Below, piece after piece: positions 1-11,710 of a DNA stretch of 64,000 bases. The stretch spans positions 416,001-480,000 of the forward strand of contig CAWHXP010000003.1 in the NCBI GenBank assembly GCA_963833425.1. Direction: 5' to 3'. The stretch comes from an uncultured Methanosarcinaceae archaeon. GTDB taxonomy: Archaea; Halobacteriota; Methanosarcinia; Methanosarcinales; Methanosarcinaceae. Made by a program: the position numbers and the translations under genes. The notes under the pieces were generated by a model. That model ran no database searches, was not told the DNA's origin, and worked only from the letters and a program-made list of their open reading frames with translations. Every line of letters begins with the position of its first letter. The stretch's first letter is position 1.

Positions 1-1935
1 AATGAGAGTAGATTTACCCGACCCCGAAACACCTGTAACCACAGTCAATATTCCTATTGGAATGTTCACGTCGATATTCTTGAGATTGTTTTCCTGACAA
101 CCTTTAAGCCGTATGAACGCATCACTCCGTCGACGGAGAGTCGGAACCTTTATCCGCCTTTCTCCGGAAAGATACTGACCTGTTAAAGATTCTGGATTCT
201 TTTCGATCTCCTCAGGCGTACCTTCTGCTACTACATAGCCCCCATGAATACCTGCTCCAGGCCCGATATCTAGTACATGATCAGCAGCTCGGATAGTGTC
301 TTCATCGTGCTCCACAACTATCAACGTGTTCCCAATATCTCGTAGTGTCTGGAGTGTCTGGATCAGCAATTCGTTATCCCGCTGGTGCAGTCCTATAGAC
401 GGCTCGTCAAGCACGTAGAGCACCCCCATAAGATTAGATCCAATTTGCGTAGCTAGCCGGATGCGTTGAGCTTCTCCTCCGGAGAGGGTCCCTGCACTCC
501 TGGATAGGGTGAGGTAACCGAGTCCGACATGTTTTAGGAACCCAAGCCTGGAATGAATTTCTTTCAAAACCTGCTTTGCGATCTCGCCCTTCTTTTCTGA
601 GAGTTCTAGAGTCTCGAAAAACCGGATACATTCTTCTATTGAGAGATCTGTGACATCTACAATTGATTTATTTTCAAGCTTTACTGCAAGCACTTTTTCC
701 TTCAGTCGCCTTCCTTTACATTTCGGGCAGATTCGAACTTGCATGAATTTTTCTAAGTTCCTTTCGTCTGTACTCGGACTTAGTCTGGCTATATAGCCGT
801 TCGGCCTGAGGGAGAAGCCCTTCCCAGGTTCCTTTATGTGACCAGTGAGCGTCCCCGTTCTTCATGCTCATACTGAAATGAATGCGTTCGTCTGAGCCGT
901 ACATAAGAGCTTTGTACTGCTTTTCTGAAAGAGCATCAAGATGAGTAAAAATATCAAAACCAAAATGCTTTGCCACAGCTGCCAGATGCTGGCTTCGGAA
1001 GCTATCCAGGAAATTTCTGTACAAGGCCACAGCTCCATCTGCAAGACAGAGAGTCCGATCAGGAATGATCAGATCAGGATCGAATTCCATTTTGATCCCG
1101 AGTCCATTGCAAGCTTCACATGCTCCGAAAGGACTGTTAAAAGAAAACATCCTGGGCTGAAGTTCTTCAAAAGCCATATCACATACTGGGCAGGACATAT
1201 TTGATGAATAAAGGTGGGCTTCTTCCTTCCGAATCAATCAGCAATTAAAAGCCCTTCTGCCTTTTCGAGGGCAATTTCACAGGCCTCAAAAAGCCTAGAA
1301 CGATCTTCTACAGGGTTTATACGGTCAATTACTACTTCAATATCATGTTTTTTGTAGCGATCGAGAACAATCTTGTCATCGGTTCTGTAAATTTCCCCAT
1401 TTACACGAACCCTGGTAAAGCCTTCGCCATTCAGTTCCCTTAAAAGTTGTTGATAAGTACCTTTCTTTTGGCGGATTATAGGTGCAAGGATGGTGACAAT
1501 ACCTTCATATTCTTTGCGAATACTATCTGCAATTTTATCAGGAGATTGAGATTCAATTATGATATTGTGGACCGGACAGTAAGGAGTTCCGACTCTTGCA
1601 AAAAGCAGCCTCATATAATCATAGATTTCAGTAACTGTTCCAACTGTACTTCTAGGATTTTTGGATGTTGTCTTCTGTTCTATGGAAATTGCCGGAGATA
1701 GCCCTTCAATACTATCCACATCTGGCTTATTCATGAGGCCAAGAAACTGACGTGCGTAAGCTGAGAGAGATTCCACATAGCGACGTTGTCCTTCTGCATA
1801 GATAGTATCAAAAGCGAGGGTGGATTTTCCAGAGCCTGAGACGCCTGTAATAACAATAAATCTGTCCCTCGGGAGCTCTACTGTAATATTTTTCAGATTG
1901 TGTTCCCTTGCTCCTTTAATAATGATATTTTTCAT
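1..1935 (-). pseudogene. uvrA: Excinuclease ABC subunit A, split by several frameshifts; runs off the window start
   Basis: [45 protein letters not shown]; zinc finger [45 protein letters not shown] and a second GVSGSGKST in other frames. Frameshifts near 1235, 1222, 755 and ~590-640. Confidence 0.93.
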
Positions 1936-2043
1936 TTTTCTTCTCTCGGATTCTTTTTATCTCAGTTGAATCATTTAACTGTTCATTTGGGTATTGCATC
2001 ATAATTTCGATGTATCAAAGGATCTGCAGATACATAGACTATA

Positions 2044-2135
2044 GAGGATTTAGATTAAACCTCAGGTTTTTACGAGTTGTGTTATACATTATTCATCAAG
2101 CATATGACGAAATTTAGGGATTTGTCGAAATTCTC
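2044..2135 (+). mobile_element. ~90-bp MITE with IS5-like terminal inverted repeats
   Basis: Ends gaggatttagattaaacctc / gggatttgtcgaaattctc resemble the TIR of the IS5 at 9360; interior matches copies at 3903, 9177, 31157, 39843, 42728, 61428. Confidence 0.7.
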
Positions 2136-2739
2136 TATGAACAAGCAGTTTGAAAGTTTTTGCTTGTTCTTTGGACAATGCGTCAGTGGAAGATAACTTC
2201 ACGCATTTACTATTTTATATATAAATGGATATCATTGATTGAAATTAATTTCATTGATGACAGCTAGTAACAATTAGATGAAGTTCCTAAATATTAAGTC
2301 CCCAGATTTTCCAACATATACAACAAATGTGGGCTTTATATTAATAAAGTGATATAGCGAATTGAAAGTAATAATCATTAAATGAATGGATCCTATAATA
2401 AAATAGAGCAGATTAAGCTTACTGATAACAAATATAGCAGCCCTATTGTATCAAATTGTATATATGCTAATCCTCAACACTTTCATTTTAGAACAACTAT
2501 TCCCCTTACAAATTAGCATTTCTAAGCTTTTAGAGCCAAAAAAAATATGGTTAAAAAATATGTGGAGAAAGAAAATGTCGACAGATTGCGAGAAGAGTGG
2601 AGTTTAAAGCTTCAGCCATATAACGAGTTGTAAAGTATATTTATCATATAAATAATTATCGACTTAAATATGTTTTAGTGTTTTTGTATGCAATAAATAA
2701 TAAAATGCTGTAAAGTAATTTTTCATATGCTCGCTGAAA

Positions 2740-3620
2740 TTATATTAAGAGAAGAAAAAAATCTGGAAAAGATGTAAAAAAAGATGAGCAACATGCATGA
2801 CTTTCTGTAAAATCTGCTCGATACCTCCAATCTTTTTCTTTTGAGTTCTTTGTGAGTCAATTCCATTAAATTTGTTTTTCTTATTTCTGTCAAGCAATAA
2901 TCCAAAAACTGTAGATAGTCCGCTACATATACTGGAAGTTTTTAATTTATACATCTGATCTTTTATCACTCCGTAATACTGAGGACTTATCATTTCATGC
3001 AGTTTCTTGCAATATATCGATGTGTCTTTTAAATTTCTCAACAACTTTTCTCCTTTTTGACAACTTCTTGAGAATTATCTCATCAGTGTAAATGACAAAT
3101 GTGTACCTTGAGTCAAGAAAGGATTCTCATATTTCTTTCTGCACTCCTGTGTTTTTACCCAAAGATTAACTTGATGCATCTCAAAAATTTTCCATTCAGA
3201 TCATCGAAAAAAATATCCCAAAAGCAAAGAGCCTTCAATTTCTGAAAATCTTATCTCCAATGATCCACGATAATCATCATCCTTTATTCCAGCAACTACA
3301 CAGAGAATAGTGTTTTAATAGTAAGCCGTATCAGTACTTCGAAATAAGTAGCATCTATAAGCGAGTAAGGGATTTTTGTTTCTATTCTTTTTGAGAGGAA
3401 TTCTTCAAACTTTTGATCAAATTCTTTAGTAATCCTGGAAACAGAAGAAGATGATATAGCACCGAACTTCTAAAATATTTATGATCTTTTCTATCCTTCG
3501 AGGTAAAGACACTTTGCAGATCAGATTCAGCTACAGCAATTCGATGAATTTCCAAGATCTTGAATATCGGAATAATAATGATTATATTTGAGAACATATG
3601 ATTGTACAAGATTTACTTAA
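2740..3620 (-). mobile_element. Highly decayed IS256-family transposase remnant
   Basis: Frame-hopping translation gives AVAES.LQ.V, ISSSSVSRITKE.DQKFEEFLSKRIEQ and a decayed R.N..E..HKELKRK motif typical of IS256 (Mutator-type) transposases. Confidence 0.6.
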
Positions 3621-3902
3621 TCTAATCCACTAACATAACTTTCCTATGTCATGTAACTTTCCTATTTCAGTTCGACCAGTAGATAACCGAGTCCAGAAAA
3701 TTAGAAAAACAAATCGGAAAAATTTTGTTAACAAAAAGTGGAGGTTATTTCCTCTCACGACTTTTCCAATTTTCGATAGTTAACTCTGAATAAAGAAGCT
3801 GAATTGCACTTTCTGATTTGTGAAAATTAGATTCAAACAAGATTTTCTCATCTGCGTCTCCAAAAAAGTATTCAACACAAAATCTTAAAGAAAATAAATA
3901 TG

Positions 3903-3993
3903 AAAAGATTTTGATAAAACTCTGATTTTCACAAGTCATATTATATGCAATTTATAAGTCTATGACAAAATAAAGAAATTTATCGAAATTTTC
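3903..3993 (+). mobile_element. MITE copy, same family as 2044
   Basis: ctctgattttcacaagtcat...tatgacaaaataaagaaatttatcgaaattttc aligns with the 2044 and 9177 copies. Confidence 0.65.
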
Positions 3994-4252
3994 AGAATTA
4001 TAACTAAAGAGAAAAGATGATATAAATTAATGCATGAATTGAATAGGATATTGAGAGATCATAAGATCATCTACAAATATTATTCTCATTTATAACCATA
4101 AAATATATAGGGGAAAAATTATAGGAAAAAAATCCCTAAAGAAATGCTCTAAAAAGTTTTTAGCCTTTCAGAGCAGTCTATTAAATCTGCAAAAACCTGG
4201 AGTGATGAGGAAAGTAATCTTCTTTTGTTACAAACAAAATTTTTCTGCCAGC

Positions 4253-4767
4253 TCAGATTCGAGTACGTCTTAATATCATCCCCAATCTGGCTTTCAGTTC
4301 CAGGGAGTTAAATGGAGGAGTAATATAATCATCTGCTCCTGCCTCAAAAGCTTTAACTTTGTCTGTCACCTCACATCTTTCACTAAGCATTACTACCGGT
4401 ATCCACCAGTACCTAGAATTGGCCTTAAGCTGCCTGCATATCTCAAAACCGTCTATATTCCCAAGTCCAGTATCTAGACAGGACAAGGTCAGGTTTTTCG
4501 GTTCTTACGGTTTCAAGGAGCAGAAGAATTACCAGGAGCTTTGACAACATTATAATTTTCAGCTTCAAGCAACGGTTTCAGGCTATCATAGACATTATGT
4601 CCATAATTAACAATAAGGATTTTTTCCCTTGTATCCTTAAAGTCTTCAATGCGCATTTTTACCAGTTCTTCAGCAACCGAAAGCTCACAGGCAATATCCC
4701 TATCACTTATTTCAGGCTTTGCTTCAATCAATTTTAATATTTTATTATCTAGCTTTATGTCGTACAT
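4253..4767 (-). pseudogene. wHTH plus response-regulator receiver protein, frameshifted
   Basis: N-terminal HTH (PEISDRDIACELSV); receiver motifs KPDLVL-LD, DGFEICRQLK and GADDYITPPF. Two +1 insertions at ~4517 and ~4478 split the frame. Confidence 0.8.
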
Positions 4768-5002
4768 TTACCCTCCGCCTCTATACAGTATACATTTTAT
4801 TAGGTATTAAACATTTCTAAAATATTTAGCTTTAACTAATATAGTAACTTATATATAGTATAGATGGAACAGAGTTCTCCAATTTTTTTCATGAATAGTC
4901 TGCCTTAATCAATAGGCAGATAAGTTTATAACCCTAAATAGCAAGTTAATATTGGAAATAAAAATCACTCACGAAGAGTAGCCACCTCTGAGATGATAAA
5001 CA

Positions 5003-5284
5003 ATGGATCCACTAGAGAAAATCTTCGGAAAAACTGCACAGATGACAGTACTTGAAAACCTGATAGAACACCAGAATGAATCGACCTACCTTTCTGGAAT
5101 AGCTGAAGAAACCGGACTGTCACATTCGAGCGTATCAAGGGTTATCACACCGTTGATTGGGTCAGGGATTGTCATAGAAAAACCACTGGGAAAGCAAATA
5201 AGAACTTTCCAGCTAAACATGGAAAACGAGGCAACGAAGTTAATAATAGATTTTTACAATAAAATAAATCAGATGTTAGAGTGA
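5003..5284 (+). CDS. Winged helix-turn-helix protein, divergent from the response regulator
   Basis: YLSGIAEETGLSHSSVSRVITPL HTH followed by a beta-wing. Confidence 0.8.
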   Translation: MDPLEKIFGKTAQMTVLENLIEHQNESTYLSGIAEETGLSHSSVSRVITPLIGSGIVIEKPLGKQIRTFQLNMENEATKLIIDFYNKINQMLE

Positions 5285-5396
5285 GCTTGAAAAATAAGAA
5301 GCTCGAAAAAGAAAAATTTAGGAATAGGACAGAACAAGACTTTCTGTCCCTTCTTTCTAGGCTTTACATAAGTGATTGAAATATAAAACAATCCAA

Positions 5397-6348
5397 TTAA
5401 GAGGGTTCCGAAGATTTATCATGAAGCCTGTTTTTTCGGCCTTCTATGTACTCATTTGCAGCGGTCGCTGCTAGTGCACCATCCCTAACTGCTGCCACAA
5501 CCTGCCAAATCAGCGTGTCACGACAGTCCCCAGCTGCATAAATGCCTTTAACTGATGTCTCAAGCGAATTGTTAGTTTGGATAAAGCCTTCTCCATCCTT
5601 GTCCACATTAAAAATTTCAGTATTAGGATGGATGCCAATAGATATAAAAACACCATCTATAGCCAATTCGTGGATTTCTCCATTTTTTAGATCTTTAAAA
5701 ATTATTTTTGCTACCTTTCGAATTTCTCCGCCGCTTCCTACAATTTCCATAACAGAAGCATTTAGAATGAATTTGATATTCGAAGTTACTGAAGCCCGAT
5801 CCTGAAGGATTTTTGCAGCTCTAAATTTATCTCTTTTGTGTAGGAGATAGACCTGCCGGGCAATTTTTGAAAGGAAAAGTGCCTCCGTAATTGCCGAGTT
5901 ACCACCGCCGATCACTACGACGGTTTTGTTTCGAAAAAAAGGTCCATCACAGATAGCGCAGTAGGAAACTCCTCTACTTATAAGTTCTTCTTCTCCTGGA
6001 ACATTAATTTTCTTTGGGTTTGCACCTGTGGCAATTATAACAGTTCTTGATTCAAAAATTCCGATGCCCGTGTAAATTATTTTCTTTGCCCCTTCATAAT
6101 GAACTGAGACGACTTCTGCTATCTTTGTCTGTACTCCTGCTTCTTGGGCATGGTTTTTGTATTTATCCATTAATTCAAGTCCTGAGATAGATTGGAAACC
6201 AGGATAATTTTCCACTATATCTGCAAGTGCTATTTGGCCACTAATTTCACTCCTTTCAAGAATAAGGGTTTCAAGGCCCGATGCGTACTGCATAAATTCC
6301 AGCTGTGAGCCCTGCAGGCCCCCCTCCTATGATTATCAGGTCGTACAT
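5397..6348 (-). CDS. trxB: NADPH-type thioredoxin reductase with one +1 frameshift near 6282
   Basis: MYDLIIIGGGPAGLTAGIYA starts at 6348 in a shifted frame; GVSYCAICDG, VIGGGNSA and TSVKGIYAAGD motifs. Confidence 0.9.
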
Positions 6349-6404
6349 GCTACCTCACAAGTCCAAAAAAATTGTTCCAGAAAAGTCCAAAATGAGTTAA
6401 TAAA

Positions 6405-6647
6405 TTAGCTAATGCTAGCAATAGCGTCGGCTTTTTTAGGAAGACCTGTAAAAGCTACCTTCCCATCAATGATGGTTGTAGGCACGCCAGCTATCCCATA
6501 TTTATCTATCAATACCTGGCCCTGCGGAGTTTCCACATCGACTTCCTCATACTCAAAATCATAGTCTGATTTCAGATCTTTCCAAAATTTGCGAGCTGAT
6601 GGACAGATAGTGCACCAGCTGGCGTGAATAAGTGTAACTTTAGCCAT
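6405..6647 (-). CDS. Thioredoxin/glutaredoxin-like protein upstream of trxB
   Basis: WCTICP active site and cis-Pro motif GVPT; ATG at 6647. Confidence 0.88.
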   Translation of the reverse strand: MAKVTLIHASWCTICPSARKFWKDLKSDYDFEYEEVDVETPQGQVLIDKYGIAGVPTTIIDGKVAFTGLPKKADAIASIS

Positions 6648-7408
6648 GATAAAAGCACCTCTAGACAAAAACACCTCTAAAAACTGCGATGATCTTTACT
6701 ATATTTAGAATTTCTGATTTATTGCATTCGATTACCAGTTTTATTAGGATAAATTTTTATGATTTTAGAATATATTAAAAAGCCTCAAAAATGTTCGCAA
6801 AATCATTGTACTAATCAATTTACAGATATAAATAAGTTAAGCATCAGTCGCACTTCTATTTGCTGTAGTTTAAATGGCTACTATCATTTGGTTACAATTT
6901 TCCCCTAATAGTTCACAAGAAAAAACTTTATCCGTAAATCTTAATTCCATTTTATTGTAATCCCTCTAGAAAATTCAATACTGTAGAGTTCTAAAATAGA
7001 AATTATTTGTGAGCCTTGGCTAGGCTATTTTGTGCTTTTTTTCCCAAGTATTTACCGAAATATTCTTTAAATTAAGGTTAGATTGAAAAAATAAATCACA
7101 TTCTTGTTTACAAATGTGAAAACTAGGCTGGATAAATAAACATCATATGCTTAAATGTTTTTTATTTGCTTTATTTCAGAATTATTTTTGTGTTCTAATT
7201 TATTTGTAAGCGATATCAAACTTTGTTTTTTAACTTTAGATAAACATATCACGAAGCAAAAAATATATCTAATTTTGAATTTCGGTTCATCTTGCAGGTT
7301 TTTAGATTGAAGCCTTAAAATGAACATTATTAATTTCAATAGATAATATTGTAACCGGAAATAATTATATTTATAAGTGGGTGAGTAATAAAAGGCAGGA
7401 GAAAATAA

Positions 7409-8047
7409 TTGATAGCTGAAAAACTCGGATTTTTAATATATACATTCACAACCATCCTTGTTGTTGTCAGCCCCATCAGTGGAGTTGTAACTTTCATCTC
7501 CCTGACATGTGAGATGACAAATGAGGAAAAAAATGAAATTGCAAAAAAGTCCGTCACACTTGCATGTTTGATTGCCCTTTTTTTTGCTATTACAGGGGAC
7601 ATAATGCTCAATCTGTTCAGCATCAGTGTGGATTCACTGCGAGTTGCAGGAGGAATCCTTCTATTCAGCATTTCTTTTGATATGATGCATGCAAAGATCT
7701 CACGAGAGAGTATTACTGAAGAAGAGATTTCTCAATCCCAGGAACGTGACGATATATGGATATTTCCGATAGGTCTTCCGCTCCTGACTGGGCCAGGAAC
7801 GATCAGTACAGTGATTGTCCTAATGGGAGGAGCACAAAATATTGAGCAAAAAATAATGATCATTGCATCGATCATATTGGCGTTTGTCGTATGTATTTGC
7901 ATTTTCCTATTCTCAAGGAGTATTCATAAGTTGATTGGGTATAACGGAATATTGGTTTTGACCCGGCTCATGGGACTTTTGCTTGCAGCTCTTGCTGTAC
8001 ACCTAACTGTTACCGGAATCATAAATATTTTTAAGTTAACAGTTTGA
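7409..8047 (+). CDS. MarC-family membrane protein
   Basis: VVSPISGVVTF, LRVAGGILL, FPIGLPLLTGPGTIS and LTRLMGLLLAALAV; about six TM segments. Confidence 0.9.
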   Translation: MIAEKLGFLIYTFTTILVVVSPISGVVTFISLTCEMTNEEKNEIAKKSVTLACLIALFFAITGDIMLNLFSISVDSLRVAGGILLFSISFDMMHAKISRESITEEEISQSQERDDIWIFPIGLPLLTGPGTISTVIVLMGGAQNIEQKIMIIASIILAFVVCICIFLFSRSIHKLIGYNGILVLTRLMGLLLAALAVHLTVTGIINIFKLTV

Positions 8048-8569
8048 GACAGTCATATGGATAAATGTAAGTTATGAAACAATAACCAAAAAACAGACGT
8101 GGAGTAGAAAGCAAGCTTTCAGAACTTTCGGTACACTATCTGATTTAATATTAATTCATCAATAAAATAATTGAAATATCTGCAGTTACCATCTTTAGGA
8201 AAAAATTTTCAGCTATGAGCTGCACAATAATTATATTACTTTTTTGTGTCCTTCAAATCGTGGCAATTTTACAGTCAGTGAGATTAAAATTAGTTTGAAT
8301 ATTTTTTTGTTCAAATAAATATAACGTACTTGAGTCGGCTTATTCCCACCAATATATATGTCATATCATATTTTAAAGACAAACAATCTCGAGAAAAATA
8401 TTTATAAAATAGTTAAGCTAATACCACTTTACAGAAAAGATAAATAAAATTTCCGAAGTAAATAAGATACTATCGATGCGTGCAACATAAACAGTAGTTC
8501 TCAAACCAATTCATGATGAGGTCTGATTGCCACCATAGTTAATTTGTTTAAAGCTCGCATCCATACCAC

Positions 8570-8850
8570 GTGTTCCATCGTATTGCAATAAGCATTAGTT
8601 GGATTCCATGTTACAAGATATACTATTTTTGTTTCAATTTCTCCGCCTTTGATAACTTCTATATCCTGATAGCCCAACGAACTATCAAATGTTATTTAAT
8701 TGTACCCACACTTAAGCCCAACAGCAATCAAATTCCAACCGCTTGGTTTGTTGTTATATTTTGATCACCTTCATTTTTGAAATATTAAGTTCCAACTACA
8801 TATTCGCAATCTTGGGGAAAAGTCTTATATTTTTCAATATTAGATGCCAG
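8570..8850 (-). pseudogene. Decayed exported-protein fragment (DUF4352-like Ig fold)
   Basis: Fragments FKNEGDQNITT, PSGWNLIAVGLK and TFDSSLGYQDIEVIKGGEIETKIVYLV, with stops and shifts. Confidence 0.3.
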
Positions 8851-8974
8851 ATCCAACTCCATATCATAATAACAAGCATTGTCAGCCTGGAGATTAGAAG
8901 ATATCTTCCTAATCCAATAATGTTTATTTTAGTTCCAAACAAATCAACACTCATGGATACTCGGAGAGAAAAGA

Positions 8975-9170
8975 GCTCCGATGATCTAATTTTATAGAAA
9001 CTAACTCCCAAGAAGCTGCTCTAGATTGGGCTAACTTGCGGAAGCTAACCCTATGGAGGCAAACCTTGAGAAGTGACCTTAGAGAAAATAATTCATTAGG
9101 GCAGCAGTTTCTAGAGTATCAAAGAAATTTTTAGAAGCTAACGTAGACAACAATCTTGAGAGAAGCTAGG
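8975..9170 (+). pseudogene. Pentapeptide-repeat remnant
   Basis: Degenerate A(N/D)L-x-E-A units (ETNSQEAALDWANLR, ANPMEANLEK). Confidence 0.4.
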
Positions 9171-9176
9171 CCCATA

Positions 9177-9265
9177 GATTATTTCGATAAATTCCTTAAT
9201 TTCGTCTTATGCTTATAAATGGTGTACATGTGACTCGTGAAAATCAGAGGATTTTTTGAATCCTC
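9177..9265 (-). mobile_element. MITE copy, best-preserved interior
   Basis: Reverse complement gaggattcaaaaaatcctctgattttcacgagtcacatgtacaccatttataagcataagacgaaattaaggaatttatcgaaataatc. Confidence 0.7.
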
Positions 9266-9359
9266 TTTAACTATATTTTTGAACAATATCTTTGAAATAG
9301 TGTATCTTTTTATGTGTAGTTTTTTATTTTATTGTGCAGGAAATAGAGTATTTATTAAA

Positions 9360-10495
9360 GAGAATTTCGATAAACTCCATGCTCTTGAGCATGGTTGACT
9401 TTAAATTTGTTAATATTTATGTATATTCATGAAAACTCTTACTGATTTTGCTCTTAAAGAAGAGTATAAACGTCTTGAATCTGTTGGAGATCAGCTTGCT
9501 GAAATTGCTTCCTGAATTGATTGGAAAAAGTTTCGTATTATTCTTGAGTCTATGTCTATTAACAAAACCGTTTCAAGAGGGAGACCTGAAACTGATGTCA
9601 TTGTGATGTTCAAAATGCTTGTTTTACAACAATGGCATGGTCTCTCTGATTTTGAACTTGAGAAACAGTGTATAGATCGAATTTCTTTTAGGAAATTCCT
9701 TGGATTTCCGGAATACGTACCTGACAGTACTACTGTATGGCTATTTAGGGAAAGAATTATCGAGAATTTCAAAGAAAATATGGGGAAAGTTGCAAAGCCA
9801 ACTTGCTGCTCTGGGTTTACAGATAAAGCAGGGAATGATTCAGGATGCTACTTTTATCCATTCAGATCCAGGACATGCAAAAGCAGAGAGATGAGGCAAA
9901 AACAAGAAGAAGCAGAGATGGAACATGGACAAAGAAGGGAGGGAAATCTCACTTTGGATATAAGCGTCATAATATAATAGACCAAGATTATGAACTGATC
10001 AGAAGATTCAAAACAACAACTGCGTCAGTACATGATTCGTATGTAGATTTGACAGAGGAAAATGAAGTGGTTTATAGGGACAGAGGATACTTTGGAGCAA
10101 AAACGAAAGGGTATAATGCAACAATGAAAAGAGCAGTCAAAGGACATATGTTGGGAATAAAGGATATATTAAGAAATAAGAGAATTAACTCAAAAAGAGT
10201 CCAAGGGGAAAGAGTTTATTCAGTAACGAAAGAAATTTTCAAAGCAGGAAGAGTTTTTGTTACTACTGTTAAAATAGTAAATCTAAAAATGTTGTGTACG
10301 GCTTTTTGTTATAATCTCTATCAATTAAGGACATTGAAAATAAAAAAAAAGTATATTGAAGATAGCGGAAGCTATCTTTAAAATCAAAGAATTGAGAATA
10401 AGTAAAGCCAAAAAGAGGAATTAAATAGAGAAATTGAGGGGAAGATACGAGAAATTACTGCTAAGAAATAAAATCCGAAGTTTATCGAAATCCTC
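9360..10495 (+). mobile_element. IS5-family element with frameshifted transposase (9429-10381)
   Basis: TIRs gagaatttcgataaact / agtttatcgaaatcctc; GRPETD, VPDSTTVWLFRER, IQDATFI, SHFGYK and YRDRGY motifs; flanks taaa/tata. Confidence 0.92.
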
Positions 10496-10574
10496 TATAA
10501 TTAGAGAAGAAATCAAAGCAGATTCAATTAACTTGTAAGAGAGAGAAAAAGGAAGAAAATAAGGGGAAAATATA

Positions 10575-10792
10575 GAAAGCAATTGAACCTGATCTTTGAC
10601 AAAATTAAATCTAAACAAAGAAATATTGTGGAGACAATATTTTCTATAGTTAAAAGAAAATTAGGAGAAACACTTAGGACAAGGACATTCCGTTATCAAG
10701 TAAAAGAGATTAAAATTAAATTAATAATACACAACATAAACAAAAAAAGTAATAGAAATAATTTGCATAAAGTTAAGAATTTCTACAGAGCC
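10575..10792 (+). mobile_element. C-terminal remnant and right end of a second IS5-type element
   Basis: QRNIVETIFSIVKRKLGETLRTR (R..VE..FS..KR motif); ends aatttctacagagcc. Confidence 0.7.
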
Positions 10793-10799
10793 GAAGTTC

Positions 10800-11280
10800 A
10801 AAGATTTTATCCTTCCGTTGTATGATACCTATTAAAACGAATGATTTTGTGTGATCGTGTTAAATTGGCATTTAATGAAGGATCAATTATTGAAGAAACC
10901 ATTAATCTATGTGCTGCAATCTCAGCTAAATCACATGAAGATGCTAGGAAAGCAATTGAACTTTTAAGAGCTTCTGCGATATACACTGAAGAAAATGGAT
11001 TTTCACAAGTTCTTCAAGAACACATAGATAAAGTGTTTGATACAGTTGATGCGGATAGATTTGAAAAATTAGTTCCCATAATGGCGTTTCACACAAAAAT
11101 AGTATTGCTTGCGATTTTATAATTGATAATTCATAATAAGAAGACTACTACTACAACAAAAATCAAAGAATTCACTCTCAGAAAAGAGAAAAGTGCTTCA
11201 GGAAGAGGGATCGAATTAGACATTCCTTCGGAATAAAAACTAAAGAGTTGCTATACCAAGATTATAGATTGGAAGATGCT
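10800..11280 (+). pseudogene. orc1/cdc6 replication-initiator C-terminal remnant
   Basis: DRVKLAFNEG..INLCAAISAKSHEDARKAIELLRASA, matching the sensor-2 GDARxAIxLL region; truncated by IS. Confidence 0.75.
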
Positions 11281-11710
11281 AGGAATGTAGAATCTGCACA
11301 GTTTATTTTATAAGTTTTCGCTGATTACGGTTTTTTTATGTAAATTTTGATTGATGCGTATCTGTTTTCTTCATCACAAAAAATGGGATTTATTATTTTT
11401 ATTGATGAATAGGTTTTGCTATATAACCTATGCATCCGTAATTTTGGCATTGATCAATAATTTAAAGGCACTATTTACTTACATATATTTTAAAAATAGT
11501 AAGAAGTTTTTTGACCCCTTACTTTTTAACTGTTATTAGGACGTTGGATACTTATTCCAAATAATTTCTATTTACTTAACTTGATTGCTTAAAGTATCAA
11601 TTGTAGTATTATACTGTATTAATGTTTTTCTCTTTGTTGACACCCCCTACCTAGTTGATCTCTTACCTAGTTAATAGTTTTTCAGGCTAATTAGGAGTCT
11701 ACTATGTTGG

